A stretch of 64,000 nt of DNA from Camelus dromedarius (GCF_036321535.1 NC_087437.1:114702001-114766000), one strand, 5' to 3'; counted from the stretch's first letter, positions 1-14,029 are shown. Made by a program: numbers and translations. The notes: generated by a model not told the origin, from the sequence alone.

Positions 1-1179
1 TACCACTTATTTGTAGTATTCCGTTGTGTGGTCTGTTTACCAGTTCACCAATGGAAGGGTATTCAGGTTGTTTCCACACAGAATTATGTCACAGATCTCT
101 TACCCTGCTCTCTTAAAAACTGTAACTGACAGTTTACAAATCACTTGCCTCTGTATTGTCATTGTCCCCAGGATTGTTGATAGGCCCAGCCACTGAGGTC
201 CTGGGGTGACAGAATTCAGAGTGTTCTCTGTCAGTCTTGGGATGTTGGCCCCATAGAGCAATGACGCCCAAGTCAAGGGAGCAGATGCATCCAGAAGCTT
301 ATAAGTTGCACACCCTCGTAAATAGTTCAGGCCTAATCAGAAGAGGCAGGAATGGGGAACGTCTGCCATTTCTCCTCTGGGATTCCATCTAGGGTCCTTT
401 TCCCCTGATTGACAACGCCATCAAGTGGCCCCAAGGAGGTCAATCGATGAGCACAGGGTGAGGAAGTGAGCAGCTCCGTACACCTTGCCTTATAGTGACA
501 AAGATTTTACATTGATCCCAAAAGAAGCTGTAAATAAGGTTAAAGCAGTTATTACTTTTTTAAAGGAGTGGGAGGACAACAAAATGCTGCTTGTCTAGGA
601 TGAAAGGAGGACAGGTATCACTGCCCCCCCAACAAAGGCCCCTGATGAGGGGATCAGAAAGGTCTAGAGGCAGCGCTCTGTTCCCTTTAAGCTGGATGAG
701 TGTAGCTCATTCCAGCTCCACTGGGGTACTTGCCATCTTTTATGTCTTCCTCATTGTCCTTGTATTAGCTCCATTTTTACATCAGGATTCTGATCCTCAG
801 AGAGATTAGTACCTGCCCCTCTGGCTCCCAGCGATAGGCTGTGGTCCTCAGTAGGTGCCCTTCGAGACAAGTGGAGCAAGGGGACGACTCTAGTTCTACA
901 GGTGGGAAGCAGACTCGGTGAGATTGAGCGGCCAGCCTAAGCGAGGTTCCACAACCTTGACGGTGGTACGTGGATGCTGGCTCAGGGCTTTTCCAGCTCT
1001 GTGCTCACAAGGACTCCTCAAGCCTGTAAGGTTTATCACTCAGCTAAGAAAGGAATATTAGAGATTGAGGAAAACTAGAGCTTCTAAAATAGATCGTCTT
1101 AGCTGAAGAATGATCTCATGAAGTTAGCTTTTATTTGAAGCATCAATATAAAATATGCCCTATGTGTGCCAACCACTTT

Positions 1180-4100
1180 TTTTAATACTCTATTTTGAAA
1201 TAGATTAAGACTCACAAGAAGTTGCACAAATAGTACCTCATGTTCCTGTTACTATTCCTCCAGCTTCCCCTGTGATCACATCTCATATAAACCTAGTCCG
1301 TCGTCAAAACCAGCAAGTCGACATGGGAATATTACCATAACCCAACTAGAGACTTTTTCAGATTTCACCAGTTTCTGCACGTACTCTTTTTGTGTTCGTG
1401 TGTATGTCTAGTTCTGTGAACATATACAAATTCTTGCAGCCAGCACCACATCCAGGATAGAGAACTCACTACAGAACAACTCCCTCAAGTCACTCCTGCT
1501 TTATATAGTCACACCCTCCACCAACCCTAAACCCTGGAATCTGCTCATCTGTTCCCCATCACTTTAATTTTGTCACTTTGATAATATCCTGTAAATGGAA
1601 TCATATAGTATGTCACCTTTGGAAATTAGCTTTTTTCATTTAGTACAATGCCTTCGAGAACCATCCCAAGGCAAGTGGGGTACATTCATGGATGTATCAA
1701 GAGTTTGATCCTTTTTAATGAGTAATAGTGCTCCATTTTATGGATGTACCACAGTTCATTTATCCATTTACCTGATGGACATTTGGGTTGTTCCAGTTTT
1801 TGGTTATTGCAAAGAAAGCCTCCATGATAAATCATTCATGTATCATTATTGTGTGGACATAAGGTGTCATTTCTCTAGGATGAATACACAAGGGTTTGAT
1901 TACTGCGTCGTATGGTAAATGTGTGGTTAACTTTACAAGAAACTGCCAGACTGGTTTTCAGAGTGGATGTGCCATTTTGCATTCCCACTTACACAGTAAT
2001 TGAAGTGTCATTACCCCTTTGCTGTCTGTAGGGTCTGCAGAGATTTCCCTTCTTTCATCCCTGATATTGGTAATTTGCCTTCTCTCTTTTTTGGTCAGTC
2101 TTTCTAGAGATTTATCAATTTTATTCTTCCTTTCAAATAATTAGATTTTAGTTTGATTGATTTTTCTCTATTTTTGTTTTGTTTGCAATTTCATTTATTT
2201 CTGCTCTTTATTATGTCCTTCTTTGTACTTGTTTGGGGTTTATTTTGTACTTTTTCTAGTCTCTTGAGGTACAGGCGTAGATTATAGATCTGAGTGCTTT
2301 CTTATTCTATAATGTAAGCATCTAGTGCGGTAAATTTCCCTCTCAGCAGTACTTCAACTATATCCCACAAAATCTGATATTATATTTTAACTTTTTCATT
2401 TATGTATATTTATTTTTATTTCCTTTGATACTTCCTCTTTAGCCCATATCTTATTTAGAAGTTTGTTAATTTCCAAGTGTTTCCAGTTATCTTTCTGTTA
2501 TTAATTTCTAGTTGAGTCTGTTATGGTCAGAGAACATTCTTCGTACGATTTAAATTTGTTGAAGTTACATTATATCGTAGATCATAAAACAGCCTTGGTG
2601 AATGTTCGATGAGCCCTTAATGAGGGGTGTTCTGCTGCTGCTGTTGAGTGGAGTGTTCTACAAGTGTTGATTAGATCCTGTTAGTTGATGGTATTGCTCA
2701 GTTCTTCTGTATCCATACTGACTTTTTTCTTATGCGTGCTATCAGTTATGGGATAGGGATGTTGAAGTTCAACTATACTTGTCAGTACTTACTCTGGTTT
2801 GAGTTCCATCAGTTCTTACTTTATGTATTTTACACCTCTGTTGTCTGGAGCATAAACATATAAAAATATTATAGCACAGGGAAATATATACAAGATCTTG
2901 TGGTAGGTAGCTTACAGCGAAAAAAAATGTGACAGTGAATATATGTATGTTCATGTATAACTGAAAAATTGTGCTCTACACTGGAATTTGACACAACATT
3001 GTAAAATGACTATAACTCAATAAAAAAAAGTTTAAAAAAAAGAGGAAAAAAAATTTAATATTATTAATATATCTTCTTGTTGAATTGACCTTACCACTAT
3101 GTAATGTCCCTCTTTGACCCTGGTACTTTTCTTTGCTCTGAAGTCTATTTTGTTTTGTATTAATAGAGCCACTCCAGTTTTCTTAAAATTTTTGCATAGT
3201 GTATCTTTTTCCATTCTTTTACCGTAAACCTACCTATATCATTACATCTGAAGTGAGTTCTGTGTAAGATAGCATATAATTGGGTCATTCCTTTAATCCG
3301 TTCTAACAATTGCTCTCTTTTAATTAGTATGTTGAGACAGTTTGCCTATAATGTAATTATTGCCATGTCAGGGTTTATTAATGCCTTTTTATTTATTTTC
3401 TGTTTGTTCCTTGTTTTTCACTCCTGTTTCCCTCTTCCTATTTTCCTGAGGTTACTTTCACGTTTTTTCAGCATTCCATTTTGATTTACTTGAAGTGGTT
3501 CTGGGGTATATCTCTTTATATAGTTTTTTGCTGTGGTTGCTCTAGAGATTACAGTAAACATAAAATGTACATACTTACGGTGATCTACTAGTATCAACAT
3601 TTTACCACCGTTTTGGATGCTTTTCTCTTCTCCCATTTGATAGTTGTCTGAAATACTACCTTTATTTATGCTGGGAACCTCAAGAGGTAGTGATACACTT
3701 TTTGCTTTCACTGTCCAACATAATTTAAATACTCAAGAGGAAAGAATATTATTTTTACTTGTGTATTTACCCTTTCTGTTGCTCTTTAGTCATTCCCCAT
3801 TTTTCATGTGTCCTACTGTTATTTCTTTTCAGTCTGAATAACATCATTTTGCTGTTCTTTTAGTGCAAAGCCACGGGCAACAACTTTTCTTAGTTTTCCT
3901 TCATTGAGACTTCTTTCCCACCCTTATTCATCTTGTTTTGGTTTTGTTTTTTTCCTCTCACCTTCATTCTGGAAGGATGTTTTCACAGAAAATAAAAAAT
4001 TCCGGGTTGAAGTTCTTTTCTGTTAGCACTTGAAAAATGGCTGCTACTTTTTGACTCTGTAGTTTCTAAAGAGAAATCTGCTACCATTTGAATTATTGTC

Positions 4101-4760
4101 CCTTTTAGGTCATGTATAATTTCCCTCTGATCTCAAAAATTTTTCTTTGTCTTTAGTTTCCATAAGTTTGATTATGTGACTGAACATGATTTCTTTGATT
4201 TTACCCTCTTTAGAGTTCACTTAGCTTCTTGTATTTGTAGATGTATGTCTTTCACCAGCTTTGGAAAGTTTGCAGTCATTTTTTTTTTCAAACCTTTTTT
4301 CCAATCTTTACTCTTTTTACTCTCCTTCTGGGACATTGGTGCACAAATGTTAGATCTTTTGTTGTCCCACTGGCCCACGAGACTCTGTTCATTTCTTTTT
4401 TCTGATGTTTTTCTCTCTCCTTTGTTCAGTTTGAGTAATTTCTCTTGATTCTGTCTTCAGTTTCCCTCTTCTCTGTCATCTCCATTCTGCTGTTGAGCTC
4501 ATCAGTAAGTTTTTCCATCTTGGTGATTCTATTTTTTAGTTTTAAAATTTCTATTAACTTTTCTTTGTACCTTCTATTTCTTTGCTGACAGTTTCTATTT
4601 TTCACATGTTTCAAGTGTCCATAATTGATTATTGAAGTATTTTTAGATAGCAGCTTTAAAATCCTTTTCTAATAATTCCAACTTCTGTATTATCTCTGCA
4701 TTGGTGTCTTTTGGGTATCTTTTCTCATTCAAGTTGAGACTTTTTTTGGCATTCCAAGTT
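1180..4760 (-). mobile_element. Degenerate L1 fragments (3' UTR, ORF2 and ORF1 remnants)
   Basis: Typical L1 3' phrases. Minus-strand ORFs resemble L1 endonuclease (GVALLIQNKIDFRAK...KEGHYIV) and ORF1 (LNSRMEMTEKR). Confidence 0.8.
2869..3053 (+). mobile_element. Younger 5'-truncated L1 3' end nested in the older L1
   Basis: TATAGCACAGGGAAATATATACAAGATCTTG...CAACATTGTAAAATGACTATAACTCAATAAAAAA followed by an A-tail. Confidence 0.75.
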
Positions 4761-5931
4761 ATTCTTTTCAATTGCCTAGGCTGGGATAAAATTAAAAATT
4801 AAATTAAAAAAAATTTAAAAAACCCAGGGAACCCACTTCCAGGTCATTCCTTAAGTTCTAAGGAGCCTACCTAGTCCTGCCACCTTTCCTTCACCTGTTT
4901 TCTGATACTGGTTTATGTCTTTTGTCCAAGGTTTTTTGGTCCATTTCTTTGCAGTCAGAAAAACAGGATGTAACATACTTACTCCATCTAGTCCAGAAGC
5001 ACAAACCACTCTTTAAAAAATGCCAACTTGTTTGTCAAATACCTGAGCTATGCATGCTCTTTCATTTGGTCAGAGTACTTTTAAAGGGAGAAATAAAAAC
5101 CCACTTAAATACCTCAAATAAAGAGAAGTTCGTTACCAGTGTGCTACAGTGAATCTTCACTAGCATGACTGTAGTTCAGCTGTTTGCTATAGCAATTTGT
5201 TATGTTCCTAAGAAACCTCAGATTATGGGGAGGGGGACATCACAGTTCTGCAAACAGTTATTTCAGTGGAGAAGTGAGGAAATCTGTTAGGGACTAGAGT
5301 TTAACCCATTTTTTAAAAATTTTTTATTCAAGTGTAGTGGATTTACAATATTAGTTTCAGGTGTACAGCAAAGTGATTCAGTTATACATATGCATACGTA
5401 TACTATAACTTTTTTATTCCTGCAGGAATTCAAGTTTTTGCCATGGCCATCAAATCTAAACTTTACTGAATATTTCTATTTTATTCGCTCACTCCATTTG
5501 CCACTCCTCACCCCTGAAATATAGTGTCATCTGGCAACCAGTCTATGCTGTCTTATAGTTGCATCACTCACCAAGGACTGTCTTTGGTTTCTGTGTCTTG
5601 TTTCATATTCTTAGAAGAACATTCACTTGATCATTGATCATCCAGTGGATCTCTGGCTTGAGTCAGAAGCATGTGCCTTTCTACTCAGTTGTAGCAGGAG
5701 AATCAGAGTCACTTGGTTCACTTCCTTTAAACAAAGGCCATGAACTGCTGCCCCTCACAAAGAAGCAGGCTGGGGGCAAACAAGGGGCACAGAACCATTC
5801 TCCCACACCCATTTCACGTACAGGGCTGTTGTCAGATGTTGAAGCAATTGCAGTTTTGTTTTTCCTCTTTGTCGAATGAGAAACTCCAAACTGCCTATGT
5901 GTGTGACATCTCTAAAATCTTCTTCCCTTAG

Positions 5932-6068
5932 AACGCCTGACAGACAATCTCAGAGTTGGACGGACATCCCTAGTTGCTGCTCAGATGTTTCTTTTTTTCA
6001 GAGTTTTGCTGCTAAGAATATCTCCTCAACATTTGACTTCACTGTGGCCAATAATGGTCTCTGAATTG
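5932..6068 (+). CDS. DOP1B: DOP1B (DOPEY2) coding exon, 5th from last
   Basis: Acceptor tcttcccttag|, donor |gtaagt. Encodes (E)[45 protein letters not shown], matching the recalled DOPEY2 C-terminal region. Phase is consistent with the next exon. Confidence 0.93.
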
Positions 6069-6309
6069 GTAAGTACGACTATTTTACTCTTGAAAGCAAA
6101 GATGGAGCTTTTAAAATGCTTCCTCAGCAATAATATATTATTTAATACATATCTAATTTTATCTGCAGAACTTTTAATCAAGTTTGTAGCACATAGCTCT
6201 TGGTTAAATAGAGATATTTTATCCTTTAATCATACTTGATCTCTCAACTATCCATTATTTCAAATAATTTGTACTGTTTGATATTATTTGCTATTTTAAA
6301 CTTTTTTTC

Positions 6310-7600
6310 CACTTTTATTGAGGTATGTGACATACAGCACTGTATTAGTTTAAGGTGTACAACATAGTGATTTGACTGAAACATCATGAAATGATTACCA
6401 CAATAAGTTCAGTTAACATCCATCATCTCATATAGATACACAAAGAAAAAAACAAGAAAAAAATTTTTTTCCTCGTGATGACAGCTCTAAACTTTCGTAT
6501 ATAACCTACGGCAGTGTTACCTATAGTCCTCATGCTGTATGTTACATCCCTAGGATTTATTTATAACTCAGGTTTGTACCTTCTGACCACTCTAATCCAG
6601 TTTCCCTCCCCTTACCCCCTGCCTCTGGTAACCACAAATCTAACCTCTTTTTCTATGAGTTTAGTTTCATTTTGGTTTGGTTTTGTTTTTCAGATTCCAA
6701 TTATAAGTGAGATGTGTACCGTTTTCATCTTTCTCTTCTGACTTATTTCACTTAGTGTAATGCCCTTAAGGTCCTTCTATGTTGTTGCAAATGGCAGGAT
6801 TCCTCCTTTTTAATAGCTGAATAATATTCCACTGTATACATATACAACAATTTCCTTATCCATTCATCTGTCCATGGACAGTTAGGTTGTTTCCATGTCT
6901 TAGCTATTGGAAATAATGCTGCAGTAAACATGGGGGTGCAGATATCTCTTTGACAGTATTTTCATTTCCTTTGGGTATATTCCCCAAAGTAGAATTGCTG
7001 GATCATATAGTAGTTGTATTTTTAATCCTTTGAGGAACCTTCATACTGTTTTCCATAGTGGCTGCACCAGTTTACAATCCTACCAACAGTGCACAAGGGT
7101 TCCCTTTTCTCCACATCCTCACCAACATTTGTAATCTCTTTTTGATGACTGCAGCTCTAACAGGTGTGAGGTGATAGCTCATTGTGGGATTTAAAAAAAA
7201 TTTTTTTAATTGAAGTATGGTTGATATACATTGTTTCAGGTGTACAGCAAAGTGATTCAGTTATATATATATATTCTTTTGTGGATTTTTTCCATTATAG
7301 GTTATTACAAGATTCATTGTAGTTTTCATTTGCATTTTTCTCATGATTAGTGATATTGAGCATTTTTTCATGTACCTATTGGCCATTCATATATTGTCTT
7401 TGTGAAAGTGTCTATTAAGGTCCTTTGCCCATTTTTTAGTTGGATTATTTGCTTTTTTTTTTTTTTTTTTTTGCTATTGAGTTGTATGAGTTTTTTAAAA
7501 ATACATTTTGGATAGTATCCTCTTATCAGATATGGTTTGCTAATATTTTTCACCCATTTCATAGGCTGTCTTTTCATTTTGTTGATTGTTTCTTTTGCTT
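6310..7600 (-). mobile_element. L1 3' end and ORF2 C-terminus, with a nested short L1 tail at ~7200-7312
   Basis: Minus-strand ORF KAKETINKMKRQPMKW is L1 ORF2-like, and L1 3' UTR phrases are present. Confidence 0.85.
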
Positions 7601-7687
7601 TATTTGCTATTTTTATGGACATACAAATTTTGAACATTAAAGTACGTTTAATCTCTCTCAAATAGTAACTTCACTTTTTTTTTTAAG

Positions 7688-7740
7688 GTTCATACATTCA
7701 TACAGCTTGAAGAAGATCTGAAGGAGGATGAATCATTGAG
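7688..7740 (+). CDS. DOP1B: DOP1B coding exon, 4th from last
   Basis: Poly-T tract plus aag| acceptor, |gtaagt donor. Encodes VHTFIQLEEDLKEDESL(R), in frame with its neighbours. Confidence 0.9.
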
Positions 7741-7964
7741 GTAAGTAGTGCAAGGGTCTGTGCACGTATGTGAGGTTAATGGGCATCACTGTATGACGTA
7801 GATTAATAATGCTAAACAGTATTTTTTCGAAGTATATGTGAGGGGTCAGTTGCTATTCTGAACATTGCTTGAAAGGAAAACCTTCTTAGGGGACGTTGCA
7901 AAGGCAAATGGGTTCCAGAAGATGTGAGTGAATTTATAACAAGAGTTTCTTTGCAAATTTATAG

Positions 7965-8126
7965 AAACAGCAACAAAATCAACAGAATGAAAGTTTCAGT
8001 CTCTGATGGAAATGGGCCCTCGGTGGGGGAGATACCCCCGAGTGAACTCATCTTATATTTATCAGCTTGCAAATTCTTGGACACAGCACTTTCTTTTCCA
8101 CCTGACAAGATGCCATTATTTCAAAT
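7965..8126 (+). CDS. DOP1B: DOP1B coding exon, 3rd from last
   Basis: tttatag| acceptor, |gtaagt donor. Encodes [53 protein letters not shown](I) (ORF 7924..8130). Confidence 0.92.
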
Positions 8127-8130
8127 GTAA

Positions 8131-8156
8131 GTGTGTGTGTGTGTGTGTGTGTGTGT
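8131..8156 (+). repeat. (GT)13 microsatellite
   Basis: Directly visible in the sequence. Confidence 0.95.
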
Positions 8157-8419
8157 AGGTAGTTTTTGCTACTGGGGGCTTATAAAACACTCACCCGCTG
8201 CTGGTCCTCATTGCATTTGTGTAGGTTTTTTTGTCTGTTTGTTTTTAATTAAATAAATTGAACACACTGTCTCCAATTCACTCTGTCCTTGTTGGCTCAC
8301 ATTTCCTGTAGGCTTAACACAGCTGCTCATATGTTTAATTTCATGCCTGGCCCCAGATGCCACTTCTCTCTGTCCTGTCCCCCAAAAGAGAGCAATCATG
8401 TAGAAAGGTTTGTGGTTAG

Positions 8420-9352
8420 AAACACTAAGTGAAAGAAGCCAATCTGAAACAGCTGCATACTGTATGATTCCAATTATTTGATGTTCTGTAAAAAGCAAAA
8501 CTGTGGAGACAGTAAACAGATCAGTGCGTGCCAGGGGTGAGGAGAGAGGGAAGCTGAGCACAGAGGATTTTTAGGGCCATGAAACTACTCTGTATGATAC
8601 TATAATGTGGCTACATATCATTACACATTTGTCCAAACCCAGAGAATGCACAATGCCAAGAGTGAACCCCAAGGTAAAGTAATAGTGATGGGTGATGAGT
8701 CAGTGTCAGTTCATTGATTGTAACCAATGTACTGGTTGGAGGTGTTAAAAGTTGGAGAGGCTGTGCATGGCAGAGGGGAGCAGGGGCATATGGGAAACCT
8801 CTGTACTTTCTGCTCAATTTTACTACGACCTGCTCTAAAAAGTGTTTTGTTTTTTTTTTTTAAATGAGTTCTGATGTACATGAATATGCATAGCAGCATT
8901 ATTCATAACAGGCAAAAAGTAGAAAAAACCTAAATGTCCATCAGTTGACAGATGGATAAATAACATGTGATATACAGTGAAAGATTCCACAATAGAAAGA
9001 AATGAAGTACTGACATGTGCTGCACCATGGATGAACCTTGACAGTATAATGAAAGAAGCCAGTCACAAACAGCCACATGCTGTGTGATTCCACTTATATG
9101 AAATGTCCAGAATAAAAAATCTGTACAGACAGAAGATAGATTAGTGGTTGTCCAGACCAAAGGGGTGTAGTGGATTGAATGGCTTGATAGCTAAAGGGAG
9201 CAGGGATTCTATTTGGGGTTATGAAAATATCCTAAAATTGATTATGGTGATGGATATACAATTCTGTGAACATACCAAAAAACTTTTGAACTGTACACTT
9301 TAAATGGGTGAATTGCATGGTATGTGAATTACATCTCAATAAAACTATTTAA
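8420..9352 (+). mobile_element. Two old L1 3' UTR fragments
   Basis: L1M-type phrases such as GAAAGAAGCCAATCTGAAACAGC...TATGATTCCA and GTATGTGAATTACATCTCAATAAA. Confidence 0.75.
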
Positions 9353-9408
9353 AAATCTTTAAGTGGGCTCTGAGCCAGCATGCCTGATGTTGGATTTTTT
9401 TCCTCCAG

Positions 9409-9538
9409 TTATAGGTGGGCATTTGTTCCTGAAGTGGACACAGAGGGCCCTGCCTTCTCATCAGATCTAGAGGAGAATCACCAAGAATGTAAACCCCACA
9501 CTGTCCGGATTCTCGAACTTCTAAAATTAAAATACGGG
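9409..9538 (+). CDS. DOP1B: DOP1B penultimate exon
   Basis: ttttcctccag| acceptor, |gtaaat donor. Encodes [43 protein letters not shown]. Confidence 0.93.
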
Positions 9539-10041
9539 GTAAATGTTTTCTCTTTTAAAATGGATACTTGTGGCAGAGGGGAGAAGGGCTGAGCAGTGAG
9601 TGAAGTACTCCATACTCCATTTGATTTCAATGACTTTGAACAGTTTTCAAAATGTCTTCTTATCTGAGTGTTCAAACTGGGAGGTGTTCATAAATTCCAT
9701 CTTGGTTTCGTCATTTGTATGTGACTTTGTCATCCCAGTTGCTAGGAGGTAAAGCTTCCTGGGTGACAGTGTCACATAGAAGTAGTCAGGCGCACAGAAT
9801 CCCTGTGTTACTTGGAGGCTGGACCGGCAGGAGGGGTGGGCAGGGGCCCCGGTCAGGGGACTTGGGGCAAATCCTGGTGGAATACGGCAGCTGAAGACCT
9901 GGGATTTGAGTTCACACTGCTGCCAGCAGTGCTGACGGTGACTTTTCATGAAGGGCCTGTCCCAAGCTTTTGCTGCCTGCACGTGCTCCACGTGCCTCTC
10001 TAACTCTTAGCAAGGCTGAGTGATTGTTGTGTTTTTCGCAG

Positions 10042-10293
10042 GAAATCGGCAGTTCGGATGAGATGACCATGAAGAGCGAACTCCCTCTTCTGCGCCAGCA
10101 TTCTCTTTCCAGCATTAGGCAATTGATACCGTTCTTCAAGACACTAAATTGTGCTTTTAAAACCCAAAATAAACTGCCTGCTGACACCCAAGGCCCTCCA
10201 CTCATAGAGTTCCCCATCGCAGACGGCCCAAAGGTCCTGAAACAACTGGAAGAATGTGTTGAATGTGATTTTTTGGAACATCTGGAATGTTAA
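10042..10293 (+). CDS. DOP1B: DOP1B last coding exon
   Basis: ttttcgcag| acceptor. Encodes [21 protein letters not shown]...[18 protein letters not shown], matching the recalled DOPEY2 C-terminus. TAA at 10291-10293. Confidence 0.94.
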   Translation, partial: EIGSSDEMTMKSELPLLRQHSLSSIRQLIPFFKTLNCAFKTQNKLPADTQGPPLIEFPIADGPKVLKQLEECVECDFLEHLEC

Positions 10294-10521
10294 CCTTGTA
10301 AGACAGAATGTATTTAATCCACTTACTGCTGCTTCGATGAAAACCAGGATAATATTCCAGACAAGAAAGGAGCCAGGATATACTGCTGTTAAACAAGTCT
10401 ATTTCAATTTTGAAAGTGAATTTCAGATAATTTTCTGGTGGGCAACAAAACACGCCTCCCTGAATGCCTTGTAATACATTTAGATCTAATTTTATGTTTC
10501 TTCCTCAATTTATGTAAAGAA

Positions 10522-10527
10522 AATAAA
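10522..10527 (+). terminator. Candidate DOP1B polyadenylation signal AATAAA
   Basis: First AATAAA after the stop codon, in an AU-rich context with an upstream TGTA. Confidence 0.6.
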
Positions 10528-12017
10528 ATTAATATATCATCTAACAGTGGCATAAAATTTGTAATATGGAGTAAAAGGCGAAGAGAGTGAAGAGTTGTTT
10601 TCTTTGTTGATGTAGATAGATGGGTCTGTGTGTATGCATTTCTCTGAAAGTGTAAACCTATTGAATATTATTTTTTTAACTTGTCATACATGTCCCTTTA
10701 AGCATTTATATTGGTACTGCATTTTTTAATGAAAATACATTATTTTCTGAAAATACGAATTGCCCGTGACCATTGACTATTCAGCAGAGGCGAGAGTTGA
10801 AGATATCTCAGTGTATTTAACCCTCGCCTACTAAAAGCACGTGTTTGCTCTGTTCTTCTGGGTAAGAAAGACACAGTTTTCAAACCTCTGACAGCTGTAA
10901 CCTTAGTTGTGTACCAGAATGTGCCTTGCCAGCACTCTCCATTTAACATAAATCAATCAGCGTGGTCACGGAGCCGTTAAGGCCCGGAACTACTATCAGG
11001 GAAGCTCACTCTTTGGACTCCTCCTTATTACTCTGTCCTTCTGGGATCTCTTCAAGCGTTTTGCAGACATCGCTGTTCATTAAAATAATCCGTTCCTCGG
11101 CACAGACTCCTCCAGGCTGACAGCATGTCTTCCCATTCTTTTCAAGCCTCTCTGTCTTACGCCAACCACCCTATTTAGAATCCCGCCTGGCGCCCGTCCT
11201 CCGCGGGGGGTGCTCACTTTGCGCCAGTGAGCGGGGCTTACCTGCCAGACCTGCCTGCCTCATGTCCGCTTTTCAGCCACCAGGGCCATAAAATCACTTT
11301 CCAGGTCAGATGATGCGTACTGTCCTAACGTGTGCTCTCAGATCCATCCTCTTGTAGACGGGGTGTTTGGGAATTTGACCAACATTACAGGTTAAGTTTC
11401 TCCTCACATCCTCTTGCTTATTAGTATGTGTGCAGTGCAGAAGCAGTTTGTGTCACTAGCCCCCATATAGGATTCGGGCAGCACAGAACCACTTGGTTCC
11501 CTAAATAAGGGCTAAAAATCAGAGTCAAAAAGCACTAAATACACGGGTATTCATACAAATGTATGTTAAAAATTAGGTGGAAACTGTTGGTTTTGTACAT
11601 AGAGGGTATCTTTAAAATCATTTGCAGGTTTGGTCACTAAAATGTTAAATCTTGAAATGTAGAATTATAAATTGTATGTAACTTATATGAGGACTTCCCC
11701 ATAATTCAGATTGTAAGGAGATAACCATATGCTGATTCATAGTTAACATCAGGGTGGGTGCATACAGTCACCTATCAAAATTAACAAAACTAATAGCTTA
11801 TTTATATCGTCAGTAGATATTATGCTACAAAAGGTAGTTCTTGTATCTGTCCTTAGGTTTACAAAGTTTGTTTTTCATTTTTTTTCTCTCCAGTATCTAA
11901 AACAACTTAATGGTCTCTGTCAATGCCATATGTAATTTAATCTTTATTCATTAAACAGAAATCTTGAAAGGGATTCAACAATACATGTTTACCACAGAGC
12001 ACTAAAAAAGTCTCATT

Positions 12018-12156
12018 GGGGAGAAGGGTGTAATTCAGCGGTAGAGTACATGTTCAGCATGCACGAGGTCCTGGGCTCAATCCCAAGTACTCACGTTGGA
12101 AAAAAAAAAAACCTAACAATACATACATAAATAAATAGACCTAATGCCCCCCCCCA
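12018..12156 (+). mobile_element. tRNA-Ala-derived SINE (Vic-1-like, long-tail form)
   Basis: tRNA-like head with A/B boxes, A-run, then an AAATAAATAGACCTAAT-C-run tail. Confidence 0.85.
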
Positions 12157-14029
12157 TATAAATGTGATGGACGTCTAAATCCCTTGTCAGCATACATACT
12201 ACAGTGCTTGAGGGCACAGGCTCTGAAGTCAGTTTGCCTAGATTGACTCTTCAGCATTCCCCACTTGCTAGGCTGGGCAAATCCTGTGTGTCTCAGTTTT
12301 CTCATCTATAAAATGGAAATATCAATGGTAACTACCTTAGAGTCGGAGCAACTAACCACCCCTGTGCTACCTCTGTGGTCTGTATAAAGTTTTGATCGTG
12401 CACCCATCAGTAAAAATGAAACTTGTGCCCACCCCTCAGTGTCGCCAAGCCTGTGTGTTACATTAATTAACCTGAGTACTAACATATTGTGTGTTCTACA
12501 AAAGAGAAAATGGAGGTTTTTTAAGTATGAGGAAAAACAAAATTAGCAATTCTTTTTTTGTTCTTCCCAGTGGAGACCCTTCTGTACCCCACTTTGAAGA
12601 CAATGCCTCTGACTCAGTTCCTCCCAGAAGAAGTTAAGCCAGGTGTCCAGCCCAGGGACCAAAGTGCCACTGTTCTGAGGGCAGAGCATTGGGACTGGTG
12701 TTCTGACAAAGCAGAGCTTTTAACACACAGAGCTGCAGGACGTGTGGTGGGAACGGGGTTTGCATGTGTGGTCCTTCCCACTGCAGTGCTTCCCAGGGCC
12801 AGGCATGGTGCTGCGTGTGTCACGTGCCTGATTTCCTAACCCCCTTAGGAGGCAGGGACTGTTACTCAATTCTATAAAATCAGCAGAGCCAGGAACCGAA
12901 ACCCAGGTTTGTCTTGCTCTAGAACGTGACATTCTCAACCGCGGTGCGGAGAAAGTGAAACAGGAAAACCCCGAGAGGGCTGCTGCTCTTTCATGATGTG
13001 AAGAAGAGTTTCGGTGCTACCCCACCCAGTGGGCTTCCTGCCAAGCCAGCTTATCCTGGAGCACAGCACAGAGGTGGCGGCTCCTGGCTCTCGAGGAGTG
13101 GTGAGGTGTGTTTCAAAGGAGATAAGCCTTATTTTCCAGTATTTGTGTTATGCCCAGTTAATTTACAAATAGAAGTAACTAGGTTCATGGAAATAGTTGA
13201 TGAAGCCTGTCGTTAAAAGTTTTGAACAACAACTTGGGAGACCAGGCAGGATCTGGCCTTTGGAATTAAATGCTCTGATGTAGGACTATGCCTTCTACCA
13301 GGTATTACTTGCATTTTCATAGGGCACACAAAGTGATGAACATGCAAAAGTAAAACCATCAAAGAAGAGAATACTGTGCATATGGACGTGGGCCAGTGAA
13401 GGAATCCACCCATTCCTTAGTAAGGGGCAACTGAACCTTGTGAGAATCACCACAGTAGTGTCTTATCATGCTTACATATTTTGTTAGATTGTGTAGTAAT
13501 CATTCCACAACTTGTATTCCATCATCTTCAACTGGACTTTGTGCTGTCTCTGAAGTTCAGAGCAAAGAGACCCCTTCACGCGTTTTTTGGAATGCTTATG
13601 AGGACCCTGCAGTTAGAAACCTGTCAGTTGTGATTAGAATCCAGCAAAGCAACATTTAACAGGGGTCCCCACTCCTGCATGTGAACAGACTTATCCAGAG
13701 AGCTTGCTACCTTGCAGAATGCCTAGCCTCCTCTCCAGAGAGTTTGGATCAGTAGACAGGGTAACACTGGGAATCTGTGTGTATAATAAATTGTTTTTCA
13801 TGCCAGTGCTTCCCGGACCACTCGGAGAAACATGAGTTCGCAGAGCAACGCATTCACAAAGATGACAGTTCTTACATGATCGAGGAGGAAGCCCTTGAGG
13901 CTAAAGCTTGTCTGGTTCTCATCCTATACAGGTAGCTCTTTCCAAGTGGTTCTCCATCTAAATCAAGTAAGCCCACCTTTAAACCAAGGGGGGAAAGGAC
14001 TTTAAAATTAGATCTGGGAAGGGAGTATG

